From Octopus sinensis (lineage: Eukaryota): a DNA stretch of 64,000 nucleotides. Positions within the stretch are counted from its first letter, which is position 1, and each line of letters opens with the position of its first letter. This document shows, piece by piece, positions 1 through 12,503 of the stretch. Both the position numbers and the translations under genes were made by a program. Location of the stretch: NCBI RefSeq assembly GCF_006345805.1, contig NC_043024.1:14880001-14944000 (forward strand), written 5' to 3'. A model generated the notes under the pieces. The model saw nothing but the letters and a program-made list of their open reading frames with translations. It was not told the DNA's origin and ran no database searches.

Positions 1-142
1 ATGTGGCTGGTTAGCAAGCTACTTACCACACAGCCACTGCCTTTCATCTTCAACATTTGATTTTCACAACAAAGATGCTTCGTATTTCACAGTTAAAACG
101 CTTCCCTCTTGTGCGTATTATGCTTTTTAAACTGTTCATTAT

Positions 143-300
143 CAGGCATGGCTGTGTTGTAAGAAGCTTGCTTCCCAACCACATGGTTCCAGGTTCAGTC
201 CCACTGTGTGGCACTTTGGGCAAGTGTCTTCTGCTATAGCCTCGGGCCGACCAAAGCCTTGTGAGTTGATTTGGTAGATGGAAACTGAAAGAAGCCAATC

Positions 301-335
<35 letters not shown>

Positions 336-490
336 TAGATAGATAGATAGATAGATATATAGAGAGAGAGATAGATAGATAGATATTGATGTGTGCATGT
401 CTTTGTTTCTGTATTTTTCGCCAGACAACTGGTGTTGGTGTGTTTACGTTCTCATAACTTCATTCAGCAAAAGAGGCTGATAGAATAAAT
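143..490 (+). mobile_element. tRNA-derived SINE (family B in this report) with a central (TA)n(GATA)n microsatellite
   Basis: Head ggctgtgttgtaagaagcttgcttcccaaccacatggttccaggttcagtcccac matches many other copies in the window; microsatellite at 304-388; decayed 3' half. A head fragment also lies at 1-41 (-). Confidence 0.8.
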
Positions 491-589
491 ATTTGGTTGG
501 TGTATAATTACTGCGGCTTTTTTCAACAAAAACAATAACATGTAACAAAAACATCTTTAAATGATTATTCCGGAGCATATTGTCTCAGT

Positions 590-800
590 CTTAGACGCAG
601 CAAATGATTTTAGCTCAATAGAGGCCATTGATTGGTTAAAATTCGAAAAATTAAACTACATTAAACAAATTACAATTTTCTTAAGAAAGCCAAGAGAAAA
701 AAATGTTTTATTTTGACACATTCTACCAGTATACGAAGTTTAAAAGTGTTTAGTTAACTAGAAATTGTGTTGAAAACTGGCATTCAAAAGGAAAAGATCC
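590..800. mobile_element. Terminal fragment of the GGATC-ended long-TIR DNA element
   Basis: acacattctaccagtatacgaagttttaaaagtgtttagttaactagaaa...gaaaagatcc matches 4978-5063, 29552-29630 and both ends of 52135-53037. Confidence 0.7.
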
Positions 801-804
801 ATTT

Positions 805-1176
805 ATTTTAACACAGAAGTAAACAACGAGACGCACGGAAGCGTGCTACTTGCTGTAAATGGATCGAGGTTAACCATGTAATACAAAAAGAAAATTGTAG
901 ATAAAATAAATATAAAAGTGAACAATAATCATTGAATACTGAAAAAAAACATTCATCTCCCCTAACCCTTAATAAAATATGGGAAAAGATGGAGATGAAT
1001 GTTTTGAAAACATTCTGAACTATTTTTCAGAATGGTTTACTTTTCAATGAAATATCATTTTGTTATTTTTCATGTTTTTATTCAATTTATCTGCAATTTT
1101 CTTCTTGTATTAGATGGATAACCCACCCTCCATTTACAGCAAGTAGCGCACGTCTTGTTTACCTGTGTGCTAAAAT
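805..1176. mobile_element. MITE-like element with imperfect terminal inverted repeats
   Basis: acacagaagtaaacaacgagacg...gctacttgctgtaaatgga (811-864) is the reverse complement of tccatttacagcaagtagc...tttacctgtgt (about 1129-1168). Confidence 0.55.
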
Positions 1177-1342
1177 CGACTACTTACAACTAACGCGCTC
1201 GCATGCGCAAATTCGTGACATGCACACTCCCAGAACTCGAATCCACACTTCTACAGTAGTGCCAAATTTTGGAACTGAGTTTGCACCCCCTAAGAAAATT
1301 TTGTTCCCGGGCCACTGTCCAGATGCTTACATTTTTAATATT

Positions 1343-4300
1343 TTCTGTGAATTTTTCAGGGGTCCAGCTAGTATGTATAAATATATTTTGAAGAATTGGA
1401 AAATTCCACCTATTCCTGTTTTCTGTGAATTCTTCACGGGTCCGGCTAGTATGTATAAATATATTTTGAAGAATTGGAAAATTCCACCTATTCCTGTTTT
1501 CTGTGAATTTTTCACGGGTCCAGCTAGTGTGTATAAATATATTTTGAAGAATGGAAAATTCCACCTATTCTGTTTTCTGTGAATTTTTCACGGGTCCAGC
1601 TAGTATGTATAATATATTTTGAAGAATTGGAAAATTCCGCCTAATCCTCTTTTCTGTGAATTTTTCACGGGTCCAGCTAGTATGTATAAATATATTTTGA
1701 AGAATTGGAAAATTCCACCTATTCCTGTTTTCTGTGAATTTTTCACGGGTCCAGCTAGTATGTATAAATATATTTTGAAGAATTGGAAAATTCCACCTAT
1801 TCCTGTTTTCTGTGAATTTTTCACTGGTCCAGCTAGTATGTATAAATATTTTTGAAGAATTGGAAAATTCCACCTATTCCTGTTTTCTGTGAATTTTTCA
1901 CGGGTCCAGCTAGTATGTATAAATATATTTTGAAGAATTGGAAAATTCCACCTATTCCTGTTTTCTGTGAATTCTTCACGGGTCCGGCTAGTATGTATAA
2001 ATATATTTTGAAGAATTGGAAAATTCCACCTATTCCTGTTATCTGTGAATTTTTCATGGGTCCAGCTAGTATGTATAAATATATTTTGAAGAATTGGAAA
2101 ATTCCACCTATTCCTGTTTTCTGTGAATTCTTCATGGGTCCGGCTAGTATGTATAAATATATTTTGAAGAATTGGAAAATTCCACCTATTCCTGTTTTCT
2201 GTGAATTTTTCACAGGTCCAGCTAGTATGTATAAATATATTTTGAAGAATTGGAAAATTCCACCTATTCCTGTTTTCTGTGAATTCTGCACGGGTCCGGC
2301 TAGTATGTATAAATATATTTTGAAGAATTGGAAAATTCCACCTATTCCTGTTTTCTGTGAATTCTGCACGGGTCCGGCTAGTATGTATAAATATATTTTG
2401 AAGAATTGGAAACTTCCACCTATTCCTGTTTTCTGTGAATTCTTCACGGGTCCAGCTAGTATGTATAAATATATTTTGAAGAATTGGAAAATTCCACCTA
2501 TTCCTGTTCTCTGTGAATTCTTCATGGGTCCAGCTAGTATATATAAATATATTTTGAAGAATTGGAAAATTCCGCCTATTCCTGTTGTCTGTGAATTTTT
2601 CAAGGGTCCAGCTAGTGTGTATAAATATATTTTGAAGAATTGGAAAATTCCACCTATTCCTGTTTTCTGTGAATTTTTCACAGGTCCAGCTAGTATGTAT
2701 AAATATATTTTGAAGAATTGGAAAATTCCACCTATTCCTGTTTTCTGTGAATTCTTCACGGGTCCAGCTAGTATGTATAAATATATTTTGAAGAATTGGA
2801 AAATTCCACCTATTCCTGTTTTCTGTGAATTCTTCACGGGTCCAGCTAGTATGTATAAATATTTTGAAGAATTGGAAAATTCCACCTATTCCTGTTTTCT
2901 GTGAATTTTTCACAGGTCCAGCTAGTATGTATAAATATATTTTGAAGAATTGGAAACTTCTACCTATTCCTGTTTACTGTGAATTTTTCACAGGTCCAGC
3001 TAGTATGTATAAATATATTTTGAAGAATTGGAAACTTCCACCTATTCCTGTTTTCTGTGAATTCTTCACGGGTCCGGCTAGTATGTATAAATATATTTTG
3101 AAGAATTGGAAGATTCCACCTATTCCTGTTTTCTGTGAATTTTTCACGGGTCCATCTAGTATGTATAAATATATTTTGAAGAATTGGAAAATTCCGCCTA
3201 ATCCTCTTTTCTGTGAATTTTTCACGGGTCCAGCTAGTATGTATAAATATATTTTGAAGAATTGGAAAATTCCACCTATTCCTGTTTTCTGTGAATTTTT
3301 CACGGGTCCAGCTAGTATGTATAAATATATTTTGAAGAATTGGAAAATTCCACCTATTCCTGTTTTCTGTGAATTTTTCACGGGTCCAGCTAGTATGTAT
3401 AAATATATTTTGAAGAATTGGAAAATTCCACCTATTCCTGTTTTCTGTGAATTTTTCACTGGTCCAGCTAGTATGTATAAATATATTTTGAAGAATTGGA
3501 AAATTCCACCTATTCCTGTTTTCTGTGAATTTTTCATGGGTCCAGCTAGTATGTATAAATATATTTTGAAGAATTGGAAAATTCCACCTATTCCTGTTTT
3601 CTGTGAATTCTTCACGGGTCCGGCTAGTATGTATAAATATATTTTGAAGAATTGGAAACTTCCACCTATTCCTGTTTTCTGTGAATTTTTCATGGGTCCA
3701 GCTAGTATGTATAAATATATTTTGAAGAATTGGAAAATTCCACCTATTCCTGTTCTCTGTGAATTCTTCATGGGTCCAGCTAGTATATATAAATATATTT
3801 TGAAGAATTGGAAAATTCCGCCTATTCCTGTTGTCTGTGAATTTTTCAAGGGTCCAGCTAGTATGTATAAATATATTTTGAAGAATTGGAAAATTCCACC
3901 TATTCCTGTTTTCTGTGAATTTTTCACAGGTCCATCTAGTATGTATAAATATATTTTGAAGAATTGGAAAATTCACAGGTCCAGCTAGTATGTATAAATA
4001 TATTTTGAAGAATTGGAAAATACCACCTATTCCTGTTTTCTGTGAATTCTTCACGGGTCCAGCTAGTATGTATAAATATATTTTGAAGAATTGGAAAATT
4101 CCACCTATTCCTGTTTTCTGTGAATTCTTCACGGGTCCAGCTAGTATGTATAAATATATTTTGAAGAATTGGAAAATTCCACCTATTCCTGTTTCTGTGA
4201 ATTTTTCACAGGTCCAGCTAGTATGTATAAATATATTTTGAAGAATTGGAAACTTCTACCTATTCCTGTTTACTGTGAATTTTTCACAGGTCCAGCTAGT

Positions 4301-4425
4301 ATGTATAAATATATTTTGAAGAATTGGAAAATTCCACCTATTCCTGTTTTCTGTGAATTCTTCACGGGTCCAGCTAGTATGTATAAATATATTTTGAAGA
4401 ATTGGAAAATTCCACCTATTCCTGA
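1343..4425. repeat. 78-bp tandem satellite, about 39-40 copies
   Basis: Unit ttctgtgaatttttcacgggtccagctagtatgtataaatatattttgaagaattggaaaattccacctattcctgtt; period 78 read directly (1381 to 1459); units nearly identical. Confidence 0.97.
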
Positions 4426-4739
4426 TTAACTAGTCAATATCTTTCCAGCCTTATCATTTAAGGTCACGGGGGATAACTCTTTTACCTTTTAACATTTTTA
4501 CATTTTAGTTATTCTTTTCAAAAATAGAAATATTAATATTTCTAAGTCTTTCTAAAGGAGACTACGGCAGCAGTACTTAATATTAATAGTTATCACCAAG
4601 CTAACATGGCAGTCCAGAATGCTGCCGTTGATTAGCTCCAAGAGGCCATTGCCTCTAGCTAGCTATGTGACACACAAACCTGTGTCCATTATAAATGAAC
4701 TAAGCTTTATTGCCAATTCTTCAACTGATAATGCAGGAT

Positions 4740-5063
4740 TCTCTTCAAGTAGGATTAGGGTTAGGGGTGGGGGAAGGGTATCTTTTTTTCTTCGCAAATG
4801 TAAATAAACCCAATCTGTTTCTTAAACAAGGGACATATTCATACAGCACGGAATGTTTTCACCCCAAATGGAGGTCAGCGATTGGTTAAAATTGCTGAAA
4901 TGCTCGAAATTAAAGTCGAAATATGTTAGAACATATAGAATTTTCTCAATAAAGCCAAGAAAAAATAATGTTTTATAAACACATTCTACCAGTATACGAA
5001 GTTTAAAAGTGTTTAGTTAACTAGAAATTATGTTGAAAACTGGCATTCAAAAGGAAAAGATCC
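4740..5063. mobile_element. Right half of the GGATC-ended DNA element
   Basis: gattagggttaggggtgggggaagggtatctttttttcttcgcaaatgtaaataaacccaatctg matches 52531-52612; ends in gaaaagatcc. Confidence 0.7.
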
Positions 5064-5065
5064 AA

Positions 5066-5330
5066 GTGATGCCTCAAGGAGCTTATCATCAAACTCAACT
5101 GAACGTCCTGTTCGTTCTTCATCTTCAAGGCTGAAATCTCCACTTCTGAATTTTGCAAACCATCTCCTGCAAGTTCCTTCATTCAACGGACACAGGCAGC
5201 ATTCGTCCTATTAATAGTTATTGTTTTCGTTTTCTACTTTATGCATTTTCTATATGCTGCCTCCTCAGTGGTTTCACGTTTCTTCTACTATTCAGTTCTT
5301 TTAGTCGGTTATGATAAGTGGTCTGAACCT
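5066..5330 (-). pseudogene. Mariner transposase N-terminal (HTH) fragment
   Basis: Minus strand translates CRRWFAKFRSGDFSLEDEERTGRSVEFDD, the typical mariner HTH-to-NLS segment. Confidence 0.8.
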
Positions 5331-5414
5331 GAAAAAGAAGTATTTCTCAATATATGAAACTGTTAGTAGAGCTTAAATACATGTATTGTGACCTTTAAAT
5401 AAATATTTCTCACC

Positions 5415-5580
5415 AGATGGAGTACGTTCTTTGTTCACGGATTTTTGTCAGTGAACAGGTCGCAGTCTCAAAGCGACGAAAATATTTTGACAAATTAAAC
5501 TTAGATGTTGAAGTGAATCGAACGGCTTTTGTGTGTTTCTTAAATGGCTTATAAACACCTTCCACACTGCAATTGTTTTC
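5415..5580. repeat. Unclassified interspersed repeat, second copy at about 15925-16075
   Basis: cacggatttttgtcagtgaacaggtcgcagtctcaaagcgacgaaaatattttgacaaattaaac occurs in both places in the same orientation. Confidence 0.65.
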
Positions 5581-5659
5581 GTTTCAGCACACGATCTCAG
5601 ATCAAATCACTTGCTATGCAGGTACATCTCCGTAAGTCCACTATAGATATATATATATT

Positions 5660-6018
5660 CTTTTACTCATTTCAGTCATTTCACTGCAGTCCTGCTGGAG
5701 CACAGCCTTTAGTTGAGCAAATCGACCTCAGGATTTATTCTTTGTAAGCCTAGTATTTATTCTATCGATCTCTTTTGCCGAACCACTAAGTTACGGGAAC
5801 GTAAACACACCAGCATCGGTTGTCAACCGATGCCGGGGGACAAACACACACACATATTTTCGATGGGCTTCTTTCAGTTTCTGTCTACCAAATCCACTCA
5901 CAAGGCTTTGATCGGCCCAAGGCTATAGTAGAAGACACTTGCCCAAGGTGCCACGCTGTAGGACTGAACCCGGAACTATGTGGTTGGTAAGCAAGCTACT
6001 TATCACACAGACACTCCT
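5660..6018 (-). mobile_element. SINE family B
   Basis: Reverse complement of the family B head, core and tail. Confidence 0.8.
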
Positions 6019-6032
6019 ACACACACACACAC

Positions 6033-6420
<388 letters not shown>

Positions 6421-6983
6421 AAATACAAGTCTGTTTATAGGGCAATATTACCTTGCTTAGAAATAGGAGAGGCTTGTGGGCAGAAAGGCAGTGAGCTGTG
6501 AAAAACCTGCTTGGAAAACGTCTAACTCACAGAAAGTATGGCCATGCAGGCTACAGATTTGCTTATCAGTTGCTTGACCTTAACCCCTTGAGCATGTCCC
6601 TTAGTGGTTGACAATATGTGCACCTCTGATCATGAGAAGGAGCAGTGAGAGAGCATCATAGCCATGTGTCGAGAGGGATTCTTTGGGGTTTGAGAAAATG
6701 TAACGGAAGCAAAGTTTGAAGGAGGATATTTTTCATAGTTTCAAGGAGCAAGCAAAAAGAAAATAACAGTTGCTACCCAAGGACAAAAATCATGTTATAC
6801 AGTGTAATGGTTTCAAATTTTCGTGCAAGGCCAGCAGCTTCATAGGCGGGGAGAGAAGTCAATTACATCAACCCCAGTATTCAACTGGTACTTATTTTAT
6901 CACCCCAGAAAGACTGAAAGGCAAAATTGACCTTAGTGGAATTTGAACTCAGAACGTAAAGATGGATAGAATGTTACTAAGCA

Positions 6984-7125
6984 TAGGAGTGGCTGTGTGG
7001 TAAGTAGCTTGCTTACCAACTACATGGTTCTGGGTTCAGTCCCACTGTGTGGTACCTTGAGCAAGTGTCTTCTACTATAGCCTTGGGATTTCATAGACAG
7101 AAACTGAAAGAAGCCCGTCGTGTAT
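6984..7125 (+). mobile_element. SINE family B, 5' half (a SINE family A fragment lies on - at about 6850-6980)
   Basis: taggagtggctgtgtggtaagtagcttgcttaccaactacatggttc head. Confidence 0.75.
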
Positions 7126-7142
7126 ATATATATATATATATA

Positions 7143-8382
7143 TCATCATCATCATCATCATCGTTTAACGTCCGCTTTCCATGCTAGCATGGGTTGGACA
7201 GTTCAATTGGGGTCTGGCAAGCCCGAAGGCTGCACCAGGCCAGTCAGATCTGGCAATGTTTCTACAGCTGGATGCCCTTCCTAAAGCCAACCACTCCGAG
7301 AGTGTAGTGGGTGATTTTATGTGCCACCAACACAGGTGCCAGACGAGGCTGGCAGACGGCCACGCTCGGATGGTGTTTTTTATGTGCCACCGACACAGGT
7401 TCCAGACGAGGCTGGCAGACGGCCACGCTCGGATGGTGTTTTTTATGTGCCACCGACACAGGTGCCAGACGAGGCTGGCGAACGGCCAAGATCGGATGGT
7501 GTTTGTTACGTGCCCACAGCATGGAGGCCAGTCGATGCGGTACTGGCTACGGCCACGTTTGGATGGTTTTCTTATGTGCCACCGGCACTGGTACCACAAG
7601 GATACAAATTCCATTGATGTTCATCTATTTTGATTTGGTTTGATTGATTTGGTTTTCACTTGCCTCAACAGGTCTTAACAAGTGTCACAAGAAGGAAGGT
7701 ATGCACAGGTGGACTGACTAGGTCCCAGGTAGGGGCCCCGGGTTATGGCTTCACTAGTCTTGCTGGGTCTTCTCACACACAGCATACTTCCATAGGTCTC
7801 GGTCTCTAGTCATTTCCATGGTGAGACCTAAAGTTCGAAGGTCGTGCTTTACCACCTCGTCCCAGGTTTTCCTGGGTCTACCTCTTCCACGGGTTCCCTC
7901 AACTGCTAGGGATTGGCACTTTCTCACACACCTATCTTCATCCATTCTTGCCACATGACCATACCAGCGCAATCGTCTCTCTTGCACACCACAACTGATG
8001 CTTCTTAGGTACAACATTTTTCTCAAGGAACTAACGCTCTGTCGAGTAAGTACACTGACATTACACATCCATCGGAGCATACTGGCTTCATTCCTCATGA
8101 GCTTACGCATGTCCTCAGCAGTCACGGCCCATGTTTCACGGCAGTTCGTACACATGCATCATACAGACTGCCTTTTACTCTGAGCGAGAGGCCTTTAGTC
8201 ACCAGCAGAGGTAAGAGCTCCCTAAACTTTGCCCAGGCTATTCTTATTCTAACAGTTACACTCTCAGCGCACCCACCCCCACTACTGACTTGGTCACCTA
8301 GATAACGGAAGCTATCAACTACTTCTAGTTTTTCCCCCTGGAAAGTGACGGAAGTTGTTTTCTGCAGCTTTTCGGAGGTCAA
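7143..8382 (-). mobile_element. 5'-truncated RTE-clade LINE: end of RT/thumb, 3' UTR with a 63-bp minisatellite, (GAT)n tail
   Basis: LEVVDSFRYLG...RIRIAWAKFRELLPLL and EASMLRWM...RRLRWYGHVARM...GRGRPRKTW are RTE ORF2 C-terminal motifs; the tail reads (cat)n on + at 7143-7162. Confidence 0.92.
7319..7590. repeat. 63-bp minisatellite inside the RTE 3' UTR, about 4.5 copies
   Basis: gtgccacc at 7321, 7384, 7447, 7510 and 7576. Confidence 0.9.
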
Positions 8383-9178
8383 TGCTCCCGAGCATCTGCC
8401 AATTCATGAAAATGGAAACTTCTAGAAACATTTCAAATAAAAAAAAAAAACATTCAATTTTCTGTTGTATTTCACCAATATTTTAAAATTCAAAATCATC
8501 AGAAGAAAAATTTGCAGTTGCTTCAAATTGGTTTTATTTCCATTATACAACTAACTGGTCGCTTTTAAACTGTATAATTAAACACAACTGACTAAGGGTG
8601 GAAAGAAAGGGGTAATAAATTAATTAATCAAATCAAAATTTGAAGTGTTACATGGCTTCATATGGGGGTTTATAAAACTCAATGTCCTAGCCAAGATACG
8701 CTGGAGCTAAATTTGACAAATGCAGCAGACCATAGATGAAGAGCATACAAGAGCCAGTCTCTTCTACGTTTGGTTCTACAGGAACCATAGAAGTGGCAGT
8801 CAGAGGGAAAGGAAATAGATGATAATGGTTCATGAAAGAGATACTTGTTTAGAATTGTTTTTGTCATTTATTGAGATGATGCAAGCGATTTGGATCAGAA
8901 CATTTGTCTTTGTGGAAATGAGAAATCCTTTTTTTTTTGTTTCCATACATTGGAGTTGGTCCTTATAAGGCATGAAGAGGCTAGGGAAAGTTGGACGGAA
9001 AGTTATTGAGTAGCAGAAATTCACAAACTTACAAGAACGGAGAAGTCAGTTTCTTTAACATCTGGTTGCAGAAAATTTGCTCCATCAAATTTTGTCTGAC
9101 TCTTGCAAACACGGAAATTTAAGTGAAATAATAATGAAGAATGATGAATGCAAGGAGCTGGAATAAGTGCCACAAGAT

Positions 9179-9916
9179 ATAATAATAATAATGAAATTAT
9201 TGCATAGTGCTCAGGTGCACCACAACTTGTCAGAAAGTGCATATAAAGTACATGCAGTAATGTAGAAATGTCTGGAAAGTGAACATGCTTGTGTGTGCAT
9301 GGAGGGGAGAAAATCAAGTGTAGTGTTGGCGAATCTCAGGAAGCATAGAAGTCTTGAAGGATGCAGTGCTCCGACAACTAACAACCGATGCCGGCAGTTT
9401 GTTCCATGCTTCAGCAACTCTCAGCGTGAAAAAATGTTTCCTGAAGTCATGGGAGCTGTGCTGTTTTCTTACTTTGTAAATATGTCCACGGGTGTTAGAT
9501 GGGTGGAGTTTGAAGAGGTGCTCAGAGTTATTGTTTGTGCGATGGTTGATAATTTTATGGGTGTCTGCCAAGTCAGCTGCCAGACGTCGGAGTTTCAATG
9601 TGTCTATGCCCAGGGAAGTAAGGCATTCAGGATATGGCAAATGCCTGATGGAGGGTATTCTTTTGGTTGCACGTCGCTGAACAGCTTCCAGACGAGTGAT
9701 GTCCTGGGCAAGATAGGGGTTCCAGACCGGTGATGCAAATTCCAGGTGAGGTCTTACCATAGCTATATAAAGCCGCAGATAGATAGCCGGAGAGCGGCTC
9801 ACAAAGGATTTGGTGAGTGATGCCAAGACACCCTCAGCCTTCTTGACAATTTTAGCGATGTGTTTTGTCCAACGCAAATCACTGTCGACAATAACACCCA
9901 GGTCACGTTCACATAT
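9179..9916 (-). mobile_element. 5'-truncated CR1-clade LINE with (ATT)n tail
   Basis: ERDLGVIVDSDL...VRPHLEFASPVWNPY...LEAVQRRATK...FFTLRVAEAWNKLP is the CR1 RT-thumb C-terminus; same family as 48349-50002. Confidence 0.93.
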
Positions 9917-10130
9917 TTTGTCTGACACTGAAATTACTGAGTCAATTCATCACTTTTTAATATAATATTAAATATTTCAAGATTGTTATTGCAGACTTTG
10001 GACGATACAGTTTTTATTCTTCTGTTTGAATAAACACCTGTATAGTAAAGAAACATATTTATTAGGAGAGAATGATTAACCACAAATATCAGATATTAGG
10101 CTTTTCTCTTCTATGAATAAATTTGTTTCT

Positions 10131-10245
10131 CAGTTCCATCTGAGAGAATGATTTACAAGATATCACAGTGAAATGGTTTTACTCATGTGTCGATGCACTT
10201 ATGCTCAGCTAAGTAATGATTTGAAGAGAATATGCCACAGATATC
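10131..10245 (-). pseudogene. Relic C2H2 fingers downstream of the 414-aa ZNF stop
   Basis: An out-of-frame continuation reads [28 protein letters not shown]. Confidence 0.75.
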
Positions 10246-11488
10246 ACTTCCCTCGGGTATGAATCCGTTTGTGTGTGCTTAAGTTACTACTTTGGGAAAA
10301 TGATTTACCACAGACAGCACAGCGAAATAGTTTCTCTCCAGTATGAATATATTTGTGTTTATTTAAGTCCCCTCTCTGAGAGAAGGATTTACCACATATG
10401 TCGCAGCGATATGGTTTTTCTCCTGTATGAATGCGTTTGTGCGTAGTTAAGGCACTTTTGTGAGGTAATAACTTACCACAGATATCACAGCGATATTGCT
10501 TTTCTCCTGTATGAATACGTCTGTGAACAGTCAAGCCACCATTCTGAGTAAAAGATTTACCACATATATCACAGCGGTATGGTTTCTCGCTTTCATGAAT
10601 ACATTCGATGTTGCAATCATCTGGTTTCTCCTTTTCAGGAGTATATTTGTGTTCAGTTAAGTCACCACTTACAGATAATGATTCATTACAGATATCACAC
10701 TCATGTTTCTTTCCTGTATGAACCTGTTTGTGAACAGTTAAGATATCTCCACGGGTAAATGATTTACCACAAATATCACAGCGGTATGGTTTCTCTTTGG
10801 TATGAATCCGTTTGTGAACAATTACACTGTATGGATGAGAGAATGATTTTCCACAGATATCACAATATGATTTTTCTCCTCTATGAATCCGTTTGTGGGT
10901 AGTTAATGTACCTTTACGGGAAAATGTTTTATGACAGACATCACAGCTAAATGGCTTTTCTCCCGTATGAGACAGTTTGTGGCTGGTTAATGTACCTTTA
11001 CAGGAGAATGATTTACCACAGATATCACAGCAAAAAGGCTTCTCTCCTGTATGAAGCTTTTTGTGTAAAGTCAAGCTATTTACATGAGAGAATGATTTAC
11101 CACAGAAATCACAATGGAATGGCTTCTCTCCTGTATGTGTACGGTTGTGAGTAGTTAAGCTGTCTTTATAAGGAAATGATTTACCACAGATATCACAGCG
11201 AAATGGCTTCTTGCCAGTATGAATACGTTGGTGAATAGATAGTTGTCCTGTATGGATAAATGATTTACCACAGATATCACAGCGAAATGGCTTTTCTCCT
11301 GTATGAACTCGTTTGTGAATATTCAACTGACCTGTATGAATAAATGATTTACCACAGATATCGCAACGAAATGGTTTCTCACCTGTATGAGTCCGACTGT
11401 GAATAGTGAAGTTTCCAGCATGGGCAAAAGTTTTACCGCATATATCACAGCGAAAAGGTTGCTCTGCTTTATGAATATATTTAGGCAT
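10244..11488 (-). CDS. C2H2 zinc-finger protein, 414 aa: 13 intact fingers plus 1 degenerate, no effector domain visible
   Basis: Repeated CxxC-x12-HxxxH with TGEKP linkers; finger 10 lacks its second His. The true start could be affected by upstream splicing. Confidence 0.92.
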   Translation of the reverse strand: MPKYIHKAEQPFRCDICGKTFAHAGNFTIHSRTHTGEKPFRCDICGKSFIHTGQLNIHKRVHTGEKPFRCDICGKSFIHTGQLSIHQRIHTGKKPFRCDICGKSFPYKDSLTTHNRTHTGEKPFHCDFCGKSFSHVNSLTLHKKLHTGEKPFCCDICGKSFSCKGTLTSHKLSHTGEKPFSCDVCHKTFSRKGTLTTHKRIHRGEKSYCDICGKSFSHPYSVIVHKRIHTKEKPYRCDICGKSFTRGDILTVHKQVHTGKKHECDICNESLSVSGDLTEHKYTPEKEKPDDCNIECIHESEKPYRCDICGKSFTQNGGLTVHRRIHTGEKQYRCDICGKLLPHKSALTTHKRIHTGEKPYRCDICGKSFSQRGDLNKHKYIHTGEKLFRCAVCGKSFSQSSNLSTHKRIHTRGK

Positions 11489-11580
11489 AGTTAAGTTACG
11501 TTACCGAGAGAACAATATACTACAAATACCAAAGTTGGTCGGTCTCCTTTCTGTACAACTGCATCTGCAAGTTGAGATGT
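11489..11580 (-). pseudogene. Relic finger upstream of the 414-aa ZNF with an in-frame TAA
   Basis: Same frame reads [26 protein letters not shown]; TAA at 11501-11503. Confidence 0.7.
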
Positions 11581-12057
11581 TACGTTTTTTCAAAGAGTAG
11601 CAATTTACAGGTTGTACGATTATACAACAATATTCTTATCTCTTTCAGAACTTCTTCAGCAAAATATAATTCACTTCAAGCTTGTTAAATAGTTCCTTTT
11701 TCTGCTATTTTTCTATTGCCACATGGTTATTTTTCTTGTTTGTACCTCAAGTTTAAATATAACAAATAATTCTGCTGCTATATTCCCAGTAAATTTAATC
11801 CTTGTTGATGCCTAAAGATGTTCTTATCTACTTTGCGAATTTATTTCAACACAAATAAATGTCATATACATTGAAGACAGTTTCATAAGGAGAATTTCCC
11901 TGTTAATCTCAGCTGAGAGAAAATATTTCACAATAATTCACCATAGATTTATATAAAGAGGGTTATATCTGTTCTGTAGAATATTTCCCCTTAATATTGA
12001 AATGTTGAAAATGTCAATACATCTGAAGTTCAGAATTCTCTTCTGTCAATGTCATCC

Positions 12058-12075
12058 GATGCTCTGAAATGATAG
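12058..12075 (-). promoter_or_regulatory. Candidate splice acceptor opening the large ZNF exon (exon begins at 12063)
   Basis: ctctatcatttcag|agcatcggatgacattgacagaagag; homologous acceptors at 28841, 47975, 56638 and 61011. Confidence 0.55.
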
Positions 12076-12244
12076 AGAAGCAAAATGAGAAAGAGAGCAA
12101 ACTTAAGATGAGATAGAACTTAAAAAGATGGTTTTACTATATTTCTATATTCATAAACTGAAGATATAGACCTTCACCTGAACAAATCAACTTACCTAAT
12201 GATTGCCATTTTCAAGGCAGAAAGATGTATATGTAATATAACAC

Positions 12245-12477
12245 ATGGTGGCACGTAAAAAGCACCAACCGATCATGGCCGTTGCCTGCCTCCCCTGGTC
12301 CCTGTGCCGGTATCACGTAAAAAGCACCCACTACACTCATGGAGGAAGGGCATCCAGCTGTAGAAACACAGCCAGATCAGACTGGAGCCTGGTGCAGCCT
12401 CCTGGCTTCCCAGACCCTGGTCAAACCATCCAACCCATGCTAGCATGGAAAACGGACATTAAACGATGATGATGATA
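12245..12477 (+). mobile_element. RTE 3' UTR fragment with (GAT)n tail
   Basis: catgctagcatggaaaacggacattaaacgatgatgatgat matches the end of 7143-7300. Confidence 0.8.
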
Positions 12478-12503
12478 TATAAACATATGCATATAAATAG
12501 ATA

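Noticed and set aside
1343-4425. 78-bp unit as a degenerate zinc-finger minisatellite or CRISPR array
   Set aside because: No CxxC or HxxxH in any frame (the IHTS..EKF likeness is weak), the unit is not 84 bp, and there are no unique spacers.
1190-4429. Long ORFs (up to 437 aa) on both strands of the 78-bp array
   Set aside because: They are translations of a 26-codon tandem unit, open in several frames, broken by 1-bp indels and without any domain motif.
7319-7590. 63-bp repeats as a CRISPR-like array
   Set aside because: Contiguous tandem units inside an RTE 3' UTR; no spacers and no cas genes; animal context.
11501-11503. A-to-I recoding of the in-frame TAA to extend the ZNF ORF
   Set aside because: It would need both A residues edited, and the upstream finger is also damaged (His to Pro, frameshifts), so read-through would gain nothing obvious.
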